Below are positions 52,188-63,469 of a stretch of 64,000 nt of DNA, in pieces (the stretch's first letter is position 1; every line of letters starts with the position of its first letter). The notes beneath the pieces are model-generated. The model saw only the letters and a list, made by a program, of their open reading frames with translations. It was not told the DNA's origin and did no database searches. Position numbers and translations under genes: made by a program. The stretch is from Bacilli bacterium (GTDB taxonomy: Bacteria > Bacillota_I > Bacilli_A > RF39 > UBA660): positions 2,980 to 66,979 of the forward strand of contig JAGBAW010000003.1 of NCBI GenBank assembly GCA_017938725.1, in the 5' to 3' direction.

Positions 52188-52188
52188 T

Positions 52189-53229
52189 ATGAAATATGAA
52201 GAAATAAAAAAATTATTAGAAATGGATTTAAAAAATATAAATTCAATCGGCGAATTGAATAAATTAAAAGTTAAATATTTAGGAAAAAAGGGAGTAATTA
52301 CAGAATTAAGTTTAGAGATAAAGAATATTCCAAATGAGGAAAAAAGAGAATTTGGTCAAAAGGTTAATGAACTTAAAACATTATTTAATAATGAATATAA
52401 CTCGAAAAATGAGATATTTAAATTAGAAGAATTAAATAAAAAGTTAGAAAGTGAAAAAATAGATGTAACTTTACCTAGTACAAAAATTAGAAGAGGAAGC
52501 ATTCATCCACTTAATAGAACAATTGAAGAAATAGAAGACTTATTTGTATCGATGGGATATGAAGTAATAGATGGTCCTGAACTTGAAACTGATGAATTTT
52601 GTTTTGAAAGATTAAATTTACCAGATGGACATCCTGCTAGAGATATGCAAGATAGTTTCTATATTACTGATAAATATTTACTTAGAACTCAAACATCTGC
52701 AGTTCAAGCACGTACAATGTTAAATTATGAAGGTAAAAAACCAATTAGAATGATTTGTATTGGAAAAACATATAGAAGGGAAGATGATGCAACTCATTCA
52801 CATCAATTTAACCAAGTAGAAGGTTTAGTTATTGATAGAAAAGAAAATAATGTTTCACTTGCAGATTTAAAAGGAACTCTTGAGGTATTTATGAAAAAAA
52901 TGCTAGGTGAAAATACTAAACTTCGTTTTAGGCCAAGTTATTTCCCATTTACAGAACCATCATATGAAGTAGATTGCTCATGCTTCAAGTGTGGAGGAAA
53001 AGGATGTAATTTATGTAAACAAACAGGATGGATTGAAGTGTTAGGTTCAGGAATTGTTCATCCAAATGTTTTAAAAATGAATGGATATGATCCAGATGAA
53101 TGGGGTGGATTTGCATTTGGAACAGGTATTGATAGACTTGCTATGTTCAAATATGGAATACCAGATATGAGATATTTATATCAAAATGATGTTAGATTCT
53201 TAGAGCAATTTGATAGAAAGGATGTTTAA
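52189..53229 (+). CDS. pheS: phenylalanine--tRNA ligase alpha subunit
   Basis: Class II motifs. Conserved PheS sequence. Confidence 0.95.
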   Translation: MKYEEIKKLLEMDLKNINSIGELNKLKVKYLGKKGVITELSLEIKNIPNEEKREFGQKVNELKTLFNNEYNSKNEIFKLEELNKKLESEKIDVTLPSTKIRRGSIHPLNRTIEEIEDLFVSMGYEVIDGPELETDEFCFERLNLPDGHPARDMQDSFYITDKYLLRTQTSAVQARTMLNYEGKKPIRMICIGKTYRREDDATHSHQFNQVEGLVIDRKENNVSLADLKGTLEVFMKKMLGENTKLRFRPSYFPFTEPSYEVDCSCFKCGGKGCNLCKQTGWIEVLGSGIVHPNVLKMNGYDPDEWGGFAFGTGIDRLAMFKYGIPDMRYLYQNDVRFLEQFDRKDV

Positions 53230-53231
53230 TT

Positions 53232-55595
53232 ATGATATTAAGTAGAAATTTTGTAAAAGATTATATTGATTTACCAGAAAAATTAGATATTAAAACAATT
53301 GGCGAAGATATGACTAGAATAGGTAATGAATATGATTATGCAGGAAAATTTGTGGATTGTACTAAACTAGTTATTGGTGAAATTATTTCATGTGAAATGC
53401 ATCCTGATTCTGATCATTTACATGTATGTAAGGTTAATGTAGGTAGTGAAGTACTTCAAATTGTTTGTGGAGCACCAAATGCAAGAGAAGGAATTAAAGT
53501 AATAGTCGCACTTGATGGCGCTATTTTACCTGGTGGAACTATAAAAAAAGGACAAATTAGAGGAGCTTTATCAAATGGTATGATTTGTTCAATTGCAGAA
53601 CTTGGACTTGATAATAAATTTTTAAAGAAAGAAGATAAAGAAGGAATTGCAGAACTAGAGAGTAGCGCTAAAGTAGGAGAAGATGCACTTAAATATTTAG
53701 GATTAGATGATGAAATAGTTGATTTTGATCTAACTCCAGATAGAGGTGATTTACTTAGTATACTTGGTATGGCTTATGAACTAGGTGCACTTTATGATTT
53801 AAAAGTTAAAGATATGGATTTAAAATATAATGAAATATCTGAAAATATAAATGATAGTTTTAAAATAGATATTAAAACTGACAATTGTAAATTATTCTTA
53901 GCTAAAAAGCTAGTTAATGTAGAAATAAAAGAAAGTCCAAAGTTTATTAAAAATAGATTAATGGCATGCGGAATAAGACCTATAAATAATGTAGTAGATA
54001 TTTCTAATTATGTAATGCTTGAAACAGGACAACCACTTCATTTTTACGATGCAGATAGACTTGGAGATGAATTAATAGTCAGAATGGCAAATAATGATGA
54101 AAAATTAACAACACTTGATACATTAGAAAGAAATCTAGATGAAAATGATATTGTAATTGCGACTAAAAAAGAAGCAGTAGGACTCGCAGGCGTTATGGGT
54201 GGGCTTACTACTGAAGTAGAAAGCGATACTAAAAATATAGTTATTGAGTCTGCAATATTTGATGGTGTTAGAGTAAGAAAAACATCTAAAAAAATAGTAA
54301 GAAGTGAAGCAAGTAATAGATTTGAAAAAGGACTTGATCCAAAAAGAACATATATGGCAATTGAAAGAGCATGCGCACTTTTGGAAAAATATGCAAATGC
54401 TAAAATTTTAAAGGGTATGTGTAAATATGATAAAACTATATCAGATGATAAATTAATTGATATTGAATATAAAAATATTAATGATGTATTAGGATCAAAT
54501 ATATCAAAAGAAGAAATAATAAATGTATTTAATAAATTAGGATTTAATTGTGATGCAAAAAAAGAATATGTAACTGTTCATGTTCCAAGTAGAAGACTTG
54601 ATATTACAATAAAAGAAGATTTAATTGAAGAAGTAAGTAGAATATATGGTGTTGATAATATAGAGGGTAGACTACCAGTTATAGGAGAAATTAATAATTA
54701 TTATGATAATACTATTAGATCTATAAGACATAAAATGTACAATTTAGGTTTAAATGAGACACTATCATATATATTAGTAAATGATAAAGATGTACATAAA
54801 TTTACCTCAGATGAATTTAAAGAACTTCGTCTGCTTGATCCAATAACTGAAGAAAGAAATACACTTAGATATAGTGTATTACAATCATTATTTAAAGTTT
54901 ATGAATATAATAAAGCACATAATAATAAAAATATTTCTATATTTGAAATTGGTAAGGGATTCTTTGAAATGTCAGAAAATCAAAAGATTGCGGCATTGAT
55001 GACAGGGAAATATAGTTTAGGACTAAATAATGAATGTTCTGTTGATTTTTATATTATAAAGGGAGTAGTAGAAGAACTTCTTGATTATTTAGGATATGAA
55101 AATAGATATAGTTTTGTTATACCAAATAATATTCCAAAAGAATTTCATCCATTTCAAGTATCTGAAATAAATGTAAATGGTACTGTTGTGGGTATTGTAG
55201 GTAAACTACATCCAAATACAGTTAAAGATGATGTATATGTATTTGAAATAAATTTAGATAAATTATTTGAGAAAAAAGTTGGAAATATGAAGTATAAAGA
55301 AATAAGTAAATATCCTAGTATAGAAAAAGATTTAGCATTTATAGTTGATAAGGATATGACTTCTGATACAATAATAAAAGAAATAAAAAAATCAGGAGGT
55401 AAACTACTTAAAGAAATTAAAATATTTGATGTATATACTGGTGAAAATATAGATAATAATAAGAAGTCAATCGCATTTAATTTGGTATTTGAAGATAATA
55501 CTAAAACATTAACAGATGAAGAAGTAACTAATGTGTTCAATAGGATAATAAATGATGTAGAAAAAAAACTTTCTGCAAAACTTAGAAATATGTAG
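53232..55595 (+). CDS. pheT: phenylalanine--tRNA ligase beta subunit
   Basis: tRNA-binding N-terminus, B3/4, B5, FDX-ACB domains. Confidence 0.95.
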   Translation: MILSRNFVKDYIDLPEKLDIKTIGEDMTRIGNEYDYAGKFVDCTKLVIGEIISCEMHPDSDHLHVCKVNVGSEVLQIVCGAPNAREGIKVIVALDGAILPGGTIKKGQIRGALSNGMICSIAELGLDNKFLKKEDKEGIAELESSAKVGEDALKYLGLDDEIVDFDLTPDRGDLLSILGMAYELGALYDLKVKDMDLKYNEISENINDSFKIDIKTDNCKLFLAKKLVNVEIKESPKFIKNRLMACGIRPINNVVDISNYVMLETGQPLHFYDADRLGDELIVRMANNDEKLTTLDTLERNLDENDIVIATKKEAVGLAGVMGGLTTEVESDTKNIVIESAIFDGVRVRKTSKKIVRSEASNRFEKGLDPKRTYMAIERACALLEKYANAKILKGMCKYDKTISDDKLIDIEYKNINDVLGSNISKEEIINVFNKLGFNCDAKKEYVTVHVPSRRLDITIKEDLIEEVSRIYGVDNIEGRLPVIGEINNYYDNTIRSIRHKMYNLGLNETLSYILVNDKDVHKFTSDEFKELRLLDPITEERNTLRYSVLQSLFKVYEYNKAHNNKNISIFEIGKGFFEMSENQKIAALMTGKYSLGLNNECSVDFYIIKGVVEELLDYLGYENRYSFVIPNNIPKEFHPFQVSEINVNGTVVGIVGKLHPNTVKDDVYVFEINLDKLFEKKVGNMKYKEISKYPSIEKDLAFIVDKDMTSDTIIKEIKKSGGKLLKEIKIFDVYTGENIDNNKKSIAFNLVFEDNTKTLTDEEVTNVFNRIINDVEKKLSAKLRNM

Positions 55596-55692
55596 TTGAC
55601 AATAAATACTATTATAAATATAATATTAATGCAACAAAGGAAGGAAGTAAAAAAAGCAAGAAGAAAATTTCAATGAATTATTATATTCTAAT

Positions 55693-55962
55693 ATGGAAAG
55701 AGTTCTAAGAATTTATAATGATATATTAAAAGCATATAGAGATCATGGAATTACTATAGAACAATTACAGGATATGTATTTATTAGATCTTAGTTTATAT
55801 CAGAAAGCTCAATTAGCTAAGGTAAGTTCAGAATTATATAATACTCCAGAGGGTCAACTACAAATAGATACAGATTATCAGACAGTAATAAAAAGTGAGG
55901 ATGATATTAAATCATTTAACTTAGCTTTTAAAATGTTAAAAGATGAATTTGAATCATATTAA
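55693..55962 (+). CDS. hypothetical protein (89 aa)
   Basis: ORF only. Confidence 0.4.
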   Translation: MERVLRIYNDILKAYRDHGITIEQLQDMYLLDLSLYQKAQLAKVSSELYNTPEGQLQIDTDYQTVIKSEDDIKSFNLAFKMLKDEFESY

Positions 55963-55967
55963 AAATA

Positions 55968-56219
55968 CTACTTTAGATTAGATTTAATCTTTTCTAAAAT
56001 AGTATTTTTTTCATTATCATCTGAATTTTCCCATACTAACATAAAAAATATTCCAAGTCCAGGTAAACTATCCTCATTATATTCTTTTACACTTTCTTCA
56101 ATTGCATTTTTTATTGTTTCTTCAGTATCATTTTTAAAATTTTGTACTATATAATCTTTAATATTCATATAATCAGTCCTTTCACTGATATTATTTACAA
56201 AAAAAATAATTATATGCAA
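55968..56219 (-). CDS. hypothetical small protein (likely starts at internal Met, ~67 aa)
   Basis: ORF downstream of and co-oriented with the kinase-like gene. Confidence 0.4.
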   Translation of the reverse strand: MHIIIFFVNNISERTDYMNIKDYIVQNFKNDTEETIKNAIEESVKEYNEDSLPGLGIFFMLVWENSDDNEKNTILEKIKSNLK

Positions 56220-56226
56220 AATATAA

Positions 56227-56973
56227 TTATTTCATATAATCAATTAGATATCTCTTTTTATAAGTATCGTCTAAATGCATCATACTATCTATTATTTCTC
56301 TATTTTCTTTAGTATCAAGACATTTTGGAACACCTTCTACCCTTATATATTTCTTTATATATGGTAAATAAATTCCTTCTATATAGGCTATTGTAAATAA
56401 ATTAAAGCAATAATTATCAAGATTTTCATCACTAGAGACCCTTTGTCTATATTCTTTTACAAATATTGAAGGTAAATCAATATCTAGGTTACCTATTTTA
56501 TAATTATCAAGATCGCCTAATTTTATACTTCCATCTTTTGCTAATAAAATATTACTTTCTTTAATATCTCCTATATGCACACCATTACTATTAAATATTT
56601 CAATTTTATTTTTCAATTGTTTTAATACTTCAATTTTAATTTTTCTTTTGTCATAGTAACTTGCGGTTTTTAAATATCTTTCATCTATTTCCATTGCGTA
56701 TCCAATAAATTCATTATTATAGATAACGGGACCTAATATAGAAACTTCATTGGATAAACAATTTGTTTTTGGTATAATTTCTATCTTTTTTTGTTTATTT
56801 AGTAAGAAATCCTTATCAACTATTTTTATTGTTTCTTTTTCTGAACCTATTTCCTTTTTAAATATTTTTAAGAAAATAATTTTACTTCCATATTTATATT
56901 TATAAATTATTGATTCTATGCCCGTAGAATATATAGAAATAACACTATTCTTATCAAAACTTATTACACTCAT
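56227..56973 (-). CDS. small protein-kinase-like fold protein (atypical; RIO/Kdo/CotS-like)
   Basis: HIGDIKESNILLAKDGSIKLGDLD matches the catalytic loop (HxDxKxxNxL) and a DFG-like Mg-binding motif. No classical Gly-rich loop. Confidence 0.5.
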   Translation of the reverse strand: MSVISFDKNSVISIYSTGIESIIYKYKYGSKIIFLKIFKKEIGSEKETIKIVDKDFLLNKQKKIEIIPKTNCLSNEVSILGPVIYNNEFIGYAMEIDERYLKTASYYDKRKIKIEVLKQLKNKIEIFNSNGVHIGDIKESNILLAKDGSIKLGDLDNYKIGNLDIDLPSIFVKEYRQRVSSDENLDNYCFNLFTIAYIEGIYLPYIKKYIRVEGVPKCLDTKENREIIDSMMHLDDTYKKRYLIDYMK

Positions 56974-57082
56974 AGAATATCTCCTTTTTAATTATTTTAT
57001 TTAATATTATACATCAAAAATTAATTTATTCAAACCATTTTTTAAAATAAATGATATAATGGATTTAAGTAGGTGGTAATAA

Positions 57083-59662
57083 ATGAAAAAAGTAATATTA
57101 GTAGATGGTAATAATTTACTTTTTAGAAGTTACTATGCAACAGCATACACAGGTAATGTAATGAAAAATAGTAAGGGATTTCCAACAAATGGCCTTTATG
57201 GACTTGTTAATATGCTTAATAAAATAATTAAAGAAGAAAATCCAGAATATATGATTGTAGCTTTTGATAAAGGTAAAACATTTAGACATGATAAATATAA
57301 GGAATACAAAAATGGTAGAGTAGAAACACCTGAGGATTTAAAAAAGCAATTTAAAATAGCCAAAGAACTAGTACCTTTGATGGGAATTAAATGTTTTGAA
57401 ATAGATAATTACGAAGCTGATGATATAATTGGTACATATGCAAGATTAATTGAAGAAGATGATGACTTTATTGGTACTATTGTAAGTAGTGATAAAGATT
57501 TACTACAGTTAATAACAGATCAAATTGATGTAAAATTATTAAAGCAAAAAGATTATATTAGAATGGATAAGAATGTATTTAAGGAAAATTATGGGATAGA
57601 ACCTATTAAAATGATAGATTTAAAGGGTCTTATGGGAGATTCATCTGATAATATACCTGGTGTTAAAGGAATAGGTGAAAAAACCGCACTAAAGCTTTTG
57701 CATGAATATTCTTCACTTGAAAATATATATGAAAATATTGATAAAATAAAAGGAAGCGTAAAACAAAAATTAATAGATGGTAAGGACTCTGCATTTATGA
57801 GTAAGTCATTAGCAACTATATATAAAGAAGTTCCCTTAGAATATTCTTTGGATGAGTTAAAATATAGTGGACCAAATTATGAAAAATTAAGAGATATATA
57901 CGCTGAGTTAGAATTTTATAGTTTCTTAAAAGATGAAAAATTTGAAAAAAATAGTAAAACTGATATAGATTATGAGGTACTCCAGAATATTGATGATATA
58001 AAATTAAATGATACAATATCTATTTATATTGAAACTGATATATCTAATTATCATGATGCGAACATACTTGGGGCTGCTATTTATGATGGGGAAAATTTAT
58101 ATTATTTATCAAAGGAACTATTAATAAATAATATTAATTTGTTAGATAAATATGAAAAATACACTTATGATTTAAAAAAGAATATTGTTTTATTAAATAA
58201 GTATGGTATTAGATTTGATAACTGCTTATTTGACGTTATGCTTGCAGGTTATATATTAAATTATAATGTAAAAGATGATATTGCATATCTTGCAAATGAT
58301 TTTGATTATGATATAACGCTGTTTGATAATTTTATGAAGGGAAAAAATAAATCTGATAAATCTATGCAAGATCTAATATGCAAAAAGGCAGTATTTATAT
58401 ATGAAATAAGAGAAAAATTAATAGAAGAAATGAAAAAGGAAGAACAACTAGATTTATTTTATAATATAGAAATGAAACTTTCTTATGTACTTGCCGATAT
58501 GGAGATAACAGGTGTTAGAGTAGATAAAGAAGTACTTTCATCAATGGGTGAAAACATAGATAAAAAAATTAAAGATTTGACAAAAGATATATATAATTAT
58601 GCAGGATATGAATTTAATATCCAATCACCTAAACAACTAGGGGAGGTACTATTTAATAACTTAGAAATTCCATATCCAAAAAAGAAGAAAGATTCATATT
58701 CAACTGCTAGAGAAATACTTGATAAAATTGTAGACTATCATCCAATTGTAGAAAAGATAATAGAATATAGAACACTTACAAAAATATATAATACATATAT
58801 AATAGGTATTAAAAATTCTATAAAAGAAGATGGCAAGCTTCATACAATATATACGCAAACCCTAACAAGAACAGGTAGACTTTCTTCAATAGAGCCAAAC
58901 TTACAAAATATTCCTATAAGATATAAAGAAGGAAAAGAAATTAGAAAGGCTTTTATTCCAGAAGATAATTCTATATTTTTATCAAGTGATTATTCTCAAA
59001 TAGAGCTTAGAATGTTCGCACACATGTCTGGGGAAAAGAACTTAATAGATGCATTTAATAATAATTTTGATATACATACTAAAACTGCTATGGATATTTA
59101 TCATGTATCTAAAGAAGAGGTAACAAGTAATATGAGAAGGGATGCCAAAGCTGTTAATTTTGGAATAATATATGGTATTAGTAGCTTTGGACTTGCAGAG
59201 GATTTAAATGTAGATATAAAATCCGCAAAGAAATTTATGGATAATTATTTAGAAACCTTTCCAGGCATAAAAAATTATATGGATAATGTAATAAAAGATG
59301 CTTATGAAAAAGGATATGTAAAAACTATAATGAATAGAAAAAGGAAAATAGATGAACTTTATAATACAAATTATATGATTAAGGTACAAGGGGAAAGAAT
59401 GGCTTTAAATACTCCAGTTCAAGGTTCCAGTGCTGATATACTTAAAAAGGCCATGATTGATATATATAATGAATTTAATAGATTAAATTTAAAAAGTAAA
59501 ATGATACTTCAGGTACATGATGAACTTATATTTAATGTAATAAAAGATGAAGAAGAAAAAGTTAAAAATATAGTAATAGATTATATGGAAAATGCATATA
59601 AATTAAATGTACCGCTTAAAGTAGATATATCTACAGGTAAAAACTGGTTTGATGCAAAATAA
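57083..59662 (+). CDS. polA: DNA polymerase I
   Basis: 5'-3' exonuclease N-terminus, polymerase motifs A/B/C (DYSQIELR, KTAMDIYHV...RRDAKAVNFGIIYG, QVHDEL). Confidence 0.95.
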   Translation: MKKVILVDGNNLLFRSYYATAYTGNVMKNSKGFPTNGLYGLVNMLNKIIKEENPEYMIVAFDKGKTFRHDKYKEYKNGRVETPEDLKKQFKIAKELVPLMGIKCFEIDNYEADDIIGTYARLIEEDDDFIGTIVSSDKDLLQLITDQIDVKLLKQKDYIRMDKNVFKENYGIEPIKMIDLKGLMGDSSDNIPGVKGIGEKTALKLLHEYSSLENIYENIDKIKGSVKQKLIDGKDSAFMSKSLATIYKEVPLEYSLDELKYSGPNYEKLRDIYAELEFYSFLKDEKFEKNSKTDIDYEVLQNIDDIKLNDTISIYIETDISNYHDANILGAAIYDGENLYYLSKELLINNINLLDKYEKYTYDLKKNIVLLNKYGIRFDNCLFDVMLAGYILNYNVKDDIAYLANDFDYDITLFDNFMKGKNKSDKSMQDLICKKAVFIYEIREKLIEEMKKEEQLDLFYNIEMKLSYVLADMEITGVRVDKEVLSSMGENIDKKIKDLTKDIYNYAGYEFNIQSPKQLGEVLFNNLEIPYPKKKKDSYSTAREILDKIVDYHPIVEKIIEYRTLTKIYNTYIIGIKNSIKEDGKLHTIYTQTLTRTGRLSSIEPNLQNIPIRYKEGKEIRKAFIPEDNSIFLSSDYSQIELRMFAHMSGEKNLIDAFNNNFDIHTKTAMDIYHVSKEEVTSNMRRDAKAVNFGIIYGISSFGLAEDLNVDIKSAKKFMDNYLETFPGIKNYMDNVIKDAYEKGYVKTIMNRKRKIDELYNTNYMIKVQGERMALNTPVQGSSADILKKAMIDIYNEFNRLNLKSKMILQVHDELIFNVIKDEEEKVKNIVIDYMENAYKLNVPLKVDISTGKNWFDAK

Positions 59663-59770
59663 TATGTAAAATGATGGTAAATAGCATATATTTAATGTAT
59701 TTTTTACATTTTATAATGATATAATAGTAATGTAAAAGAAGGATAAAATATCTAGAAACCCTTATTTTAT

Positions 59771-59799
59771 TTGACATTTCTGATTTGTTGTGTTACAAT
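59771..59799 (+). promoter_or_regulatory. sigma-70-type promoter TTGACA-17-TACAAT
   Basis: Seen directly upstream of the 59844 ORF. Confidence 0.45.
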
Positions 59800-59843
59800 T
59801 TCAAAGCCAAATGAGATAATACTAGTTTAAAGGGGGGATAAAA

Positions 59844-60263
59844 ATGAGAGAAAATTATATTTTTGAATATTTAGATGAACAAAAATTTAAAAAGTGTGAA
59901 CGCTCTGTAAAAAAATACAATATGTTTGCATTTAAAAAACTTGTTTTTGATTTTTATCCAAAGATGAAAGAAGGAAAATTTTTAGGAGAAAAGGTATCAG
60001 AAAATCCTGATAAAAATACTATCTCTTATGAACTAACCTTACCTGCGGATGATTTATTTACTAAAGTTCATGGTGAAATTGTACTTCATTACGATGTATA
60101 TACAAATAAGAATATTATTTTACTTAAGACAATTGAACCAGAAGATTTATTCTTAGAAGGACATGCAACAGAACTTGGTGCATATAAGGGTGTAATGATA
60201 AGTAAAGAAAATGCTGATAAAGATATGTTTAAGATAAATTTATTAGATTTATTAAATAAGTAG
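59844..60263 (+). CDS. hypothetical protein (139 aa)
   Basis: ORF with GGGGGG/AAAGGGGGG RBS. Confidence 0.45.
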   Translation: MRENYIFEYLDEQKFKKCERSVKKYNMFAFKKLVFDFYPKMKEGKFLGEKVSENPDKNTISYELTLPADDLFTKVHGEIVLHYDVYTNKNIILLKTIEPEDLFLEGHATELGAYKGVMISKENADKDMFKINLLDLLNK

Positions 60264-60332
60264 ACTTTTGTCTATTTTTTTATTGCTTTTTATATGTGTT
60301 TCGTCATATAATTATCTAAAGGAGGTACTATA

Positions 60333-60746
60333 ATGATTTGGCTTTTACTAATAGCTATGTTTTTGATAATTGAATCATTAACACTTAATTTAGTTACGAT
60401 ATGGTTTGCATTTGGTAGTTTATGTGCTTTTATAACAACATATTTTACGGATAATATTCTCTTGCAAAGTATAGTCTTCGTAGGAACTACAGCATTGTCT
60501 TTAATATTTACTAAGCCTTTATTTGATAAATATATAAAGAAAAACATAGAAAAAACTAATATAGATATGATAATCGGCAAAACAGGAGTTGTTACAAAGA
60601 ATATAAAACCAAATGAGAATGGTAGAGTAAAAGTGGCTGGGAAAAGTTGGATGGCTACTGCTAAAGAAGAGATAAAAGAGGGAGAAGAGGTTGAAATATT
60701 AAAAATTGAAGGCGTTAAAATAATTGTAAAAAGGAAGGAGAGTTAA
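60333..60746 (+). CDS. NfeD-family membrane protein
   Basis: N-terminal TM helices plus C-terminal OB-fold-like region (GKTGVV...GRVKV.G..W.A). Immediately upstream of the SPFH gene. Confidence 0.7.
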   Translation: MIWLLLIAMFLIIESLTLNLVTIWFAFGSLCAFITTYFTDNILLQSIVFVGTTALSLIFTKPLFDKYIKKNIEKTNIDMIIGKTGVVTKNIKPNENGRVKVAGKSWMATAKEEIKEGEEVEILKIEGVKIIVKRKES

Positions 60747-60748
60747 TT

Positions 60749-61633
60749 ATGCCATTAATAATAATATTAATAATATTAATTTTGCTTATTATAATAGCAA
60801 ATATCAAGATTGTTCCACAATCAAAAAACTATGTAATTGAAAGACTAGGTAGTTATAATACTACTTGGCAAACAGGATTACATTTAAAAATACCATTTAT
60901 AGAAAGAATTGCGAATAATGTTTCATTAAAGGAAAAGGTACGTGATTTTGCACCGCAACCAGTTATTACAAAAGATAATGTTACAATGCAAATAGATACA
61001 GTAGTTTATTTTCAAATAACTGATCCAAAGTTATATACGTATGGTGTTGAAAATCCAATAAATGCAATTGAAAATTTAACAGCAACTACACTTCGTAATA
61101 TAATTGGAGATCTTGAACTTGATGAAACACTAACTTCAAGGGATTTAATAAATAGTAAGATGTGTATGATTTTAGATGAAGCAACTGATCCATGGGGAAT
61201 AAAAATTAATCGTGTAGAAGTTAAAAATATTATTCCACCAAGAGATATACAAGAAGCAATGGAAAAACAAATGAGAGCTGAAAGAGAAAGAAGAGAAAAA
61301 ATTCTTCAAGCAGAGGGTGAAAAAAAATCAAGTATTCTTATTGCAGAGGGTGAAAAAGAAAGTGCAATTTTAAGAGCAGAGGCTCAAAAAGAATCTCAAA
61401 TTAAACTTGCTGAAGGTGAGGCTGAGGCTATTCTTAAAGTTCAAGAAGCAACAGCATCAGGTATTAAACTTCTAAAAGAAGCAGGTGCAGATAATGCTGT
61501 TTTAACATTAAAACAATTTGAGGCATTAGAAAAGGTTGCTGATGGTAAATCAACTAAAATCATTATTCCATCAGATATGCAAAATATGGCAGGAATACTT
61601 ACAACTGCTAGTGAATTACTAAAGAAGGACTAA
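60749..61633 (+). CDS. SPFH/band-7 (stomatin-like) protein
   Basis: N-terminal TM, SPFH core, C-terminal Glu/Ala-rich coiled coil (AEGEKKSSILIAEGEKESAILRAEAQKE). Confidence 0.85.
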   Translation: MPLIIILIILILLIIIANIKIVPQSKNYVIERLGSYNTTWQTGLHLKIPFIERIANNVSLKEKVRDFAPQPVITKDNVTMQIDTVVYFQITDPKLYTYGVENPINAIENLTATTLRNIIGDLELDETLTSRDLINSKMCMILDEATDPWGIKINRVEVKNIIPPRDIQEAMEKQMRAERERREKILQAEGEKKSSILIAEGEKESAILRAEAQKESQIKLAEGEAEAILKVQEATASGIKLLKEAGADNAVLTLKQFEALEKVADGKSTKIIIPSDMQNMAGILTTASELLKKD

Positions 61634-61665
61634 AAGTATCAAAAGTATACTTTTTTTTCTTTTTT
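61633..61665 (+). terminator. rho-independent terminator
   Basis: AAGTAT-caaaagt-ATACTT followed by TTTTTTCTTTTTTTT. Confidence 0.5.
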
Positions 61666-61704
61666 TTATGTGATATAATAAAAGTCATAAAGGCAGGTAT
61701 TATT

Positions 61705-62802
61705 ATGGAATTTATAAGAGAAAATATTTTAAAAATTATAACGATAATAGTTGTATTTATTGTGGTTATTGTGTTATTTACTATTTTTTCTGGTGCAAAA
61801 GGTGGTAGCAAAATAAAAACATATTCACAACTAGAAGAAAGGTTAGTATCTAGTGCAAAGAAGTATTTAAATGATAATCCTAAATTAGTTCCAAGTAGGG
61901 ATGGAGAAACAATAAAAGTTAATTTAGATACACTTGTAAATGCTGAATATATTGATAAAATATATTCTATTGAAGATGAGAATATAGAATGTAGTGGATA
62001 TGTTCAGGTAGTTTATAATAATGAAAGTAATGATTATATTCCTTATATTAAGTGTGGAAAATATTATGAAACTAAAACAATAGCGGATTATATAAAAGGT
62101 AATGAACAGATATCTACTACAGATGATGGTTTATATCAAAATGGAGATAAATATGTATTTAAAGGGGAAAATCCAAATAATTATTTAAAATTAGGAGAAA
62201 GAATTTACAGGATAATTGAAATAAATAATAAGAATGAATTAAGACTTATATCAACAGAAAAATATAGTAATTATATTGTTTGGGATGATAGATATAATAT
62301 TGAAAGAGATAGAAATGATGGTATAAATGATTATTCAAAAAGCAGATTAAAAGATAGTTTAGAGAATATATATACTGATTCAGAATTTTTTTCAAAGCAA
62401 GAAAAAGAAAAAATAATAGAGCATAATGTATGCATTGGAAAGAAAAGTATAAATGATTATAGTATTGATGGAAGTGTTGAGTGTTCGGCAGAGTATCCTA
62501 ATCAAAGGGTGAGTTTACTACAACTAAATGAATATGCAAGGGCAAGCATAGATCCAAATTGTAAAGATACCAATAGCAAATCTTGTTCAAATTATAATTA
62601 TTTTGAAAGTATAAATTCAGTTCATAGAACAATAACAGCAGTATTAGATAATACTTATCAGGTATATTATATTAGTGATGGAATTGTGTCTGTTACAAGA
62701 GCAGCATCTTCATTTTCAATTTATCCTGTAGTATATATTGATAGCTCATCTATATATAATTCAGGTAATGGAACATTAGAAAAACCTTATGTAGTAAGGT
62801 AG
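61705..62802 (+). CDS. hypothetical membrane-anchored protein (365 aa, Cys-containing extracellular region)
   Basis: Single N-terminal TM helix, then a Tyr/Asn-rich region with paired cysteines. Confidence 0.5.
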   Translation: MEFIRENILKIITIIVVFIVVIVLFTIFSGAKGGSKIKTYSQLEERLVSSAKKYLNDNPKLVPSRDGETIKVNLDTLVNAEYIDKIYSIEDENIECSGYVQVVYNNESNDYIPYIKCGKYYETKTIADYIKGNEQISTTDDGLYQNGDKYVFKGENPNNYLKLGERIYRIIEINNKNELRLISTEKYSNYIVWDDRYNIERDRNDGINDYSKSRLKDSLENIYTDSEFFSKQEKEKIIEHNVCIGKKSINDYSIDGSVECSAEYPNQRVSLLQLNEYARASIDPNCKDTNSKSCSNYNYFESINSVHRTITAVLDNTYQVYYISDGIVSVTRAASSFSIYPVVYIDSSSIYNSGNGTLEKPYVVR

Positions 62803-62811
62803 GAGAGATAT

Positions 62812-63468
62812 ATGAAGTTAGTATTATTTATATCAAATAAAGAAATAAATTCATCTAATAAACAAGTTGAAATAATGCATGGTAAATTAGAAGATATTGA
62901 TAATTTTACTACATTATTTGCTGATGAAAAACATTTGCTAAATTCAATAATAAAATCGTCCTCTAATAATATAGATACTAGTAAAATTAAGTATAGATTT
63001 AGTATAGTAACAAAAGATAATATTTATCCAGTTTTATATTCAAACTACAGATTTTTTACAAACAGGGAATTTAGAAGAAGGACATTAGTAAAATTAGGAT
63101 GTATGGATCCAAGCAGAATATATGAGTATATTGAACATAAATATTATTATCTTTTATATAATGAATTAGAAGATGATGCATTTAAATCTAATTTATTTTA
63201 TAGGCTAGCAATTCTAATTGAAAAAAATAATTATGAGTCAAATGAGTTATATAGATCAGAATTTATAAAAGAGTTAAAAAACAAATATAATTTAATAAGA
63301 AATATGGCGATAAATATATTATCACAGGAAGAAATTAATGAAATTACAGGGAATAATAGATTTAATAATAATCCTATTAATAATGAACCTTCTGTAAATA
63401 TAGATATTACTGATGAAATAATTTCTATATGTAAATGTATAGATAATGAAAAGAAGCGAATAATATAA
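62812..63468 (+). CDS. hypothetical protein (218 aa)
   Basis: ORF tightly following the previous one. Confidence 0.45.
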   Translation: MKLVLFISNKEINSSNKQVEIMHGKLEDIDNFTTLFADEKHLLNSIIKSSSNNIDTSKIKYRFSIVTKDNIYPVLYSNYRFFTNREFRRRTLVKLGCMDPSRIYEYIEHKYYYLLYNELEDDAFKSNLFYRLAILIEKNNYESNELYRSEFIKELKNKYNLIRNMAINILSQEEINEITGNNRFNNNPINNEPSVNIDITDEIISICKCIDNEKKRII

Positions 63469-63469
63469 T

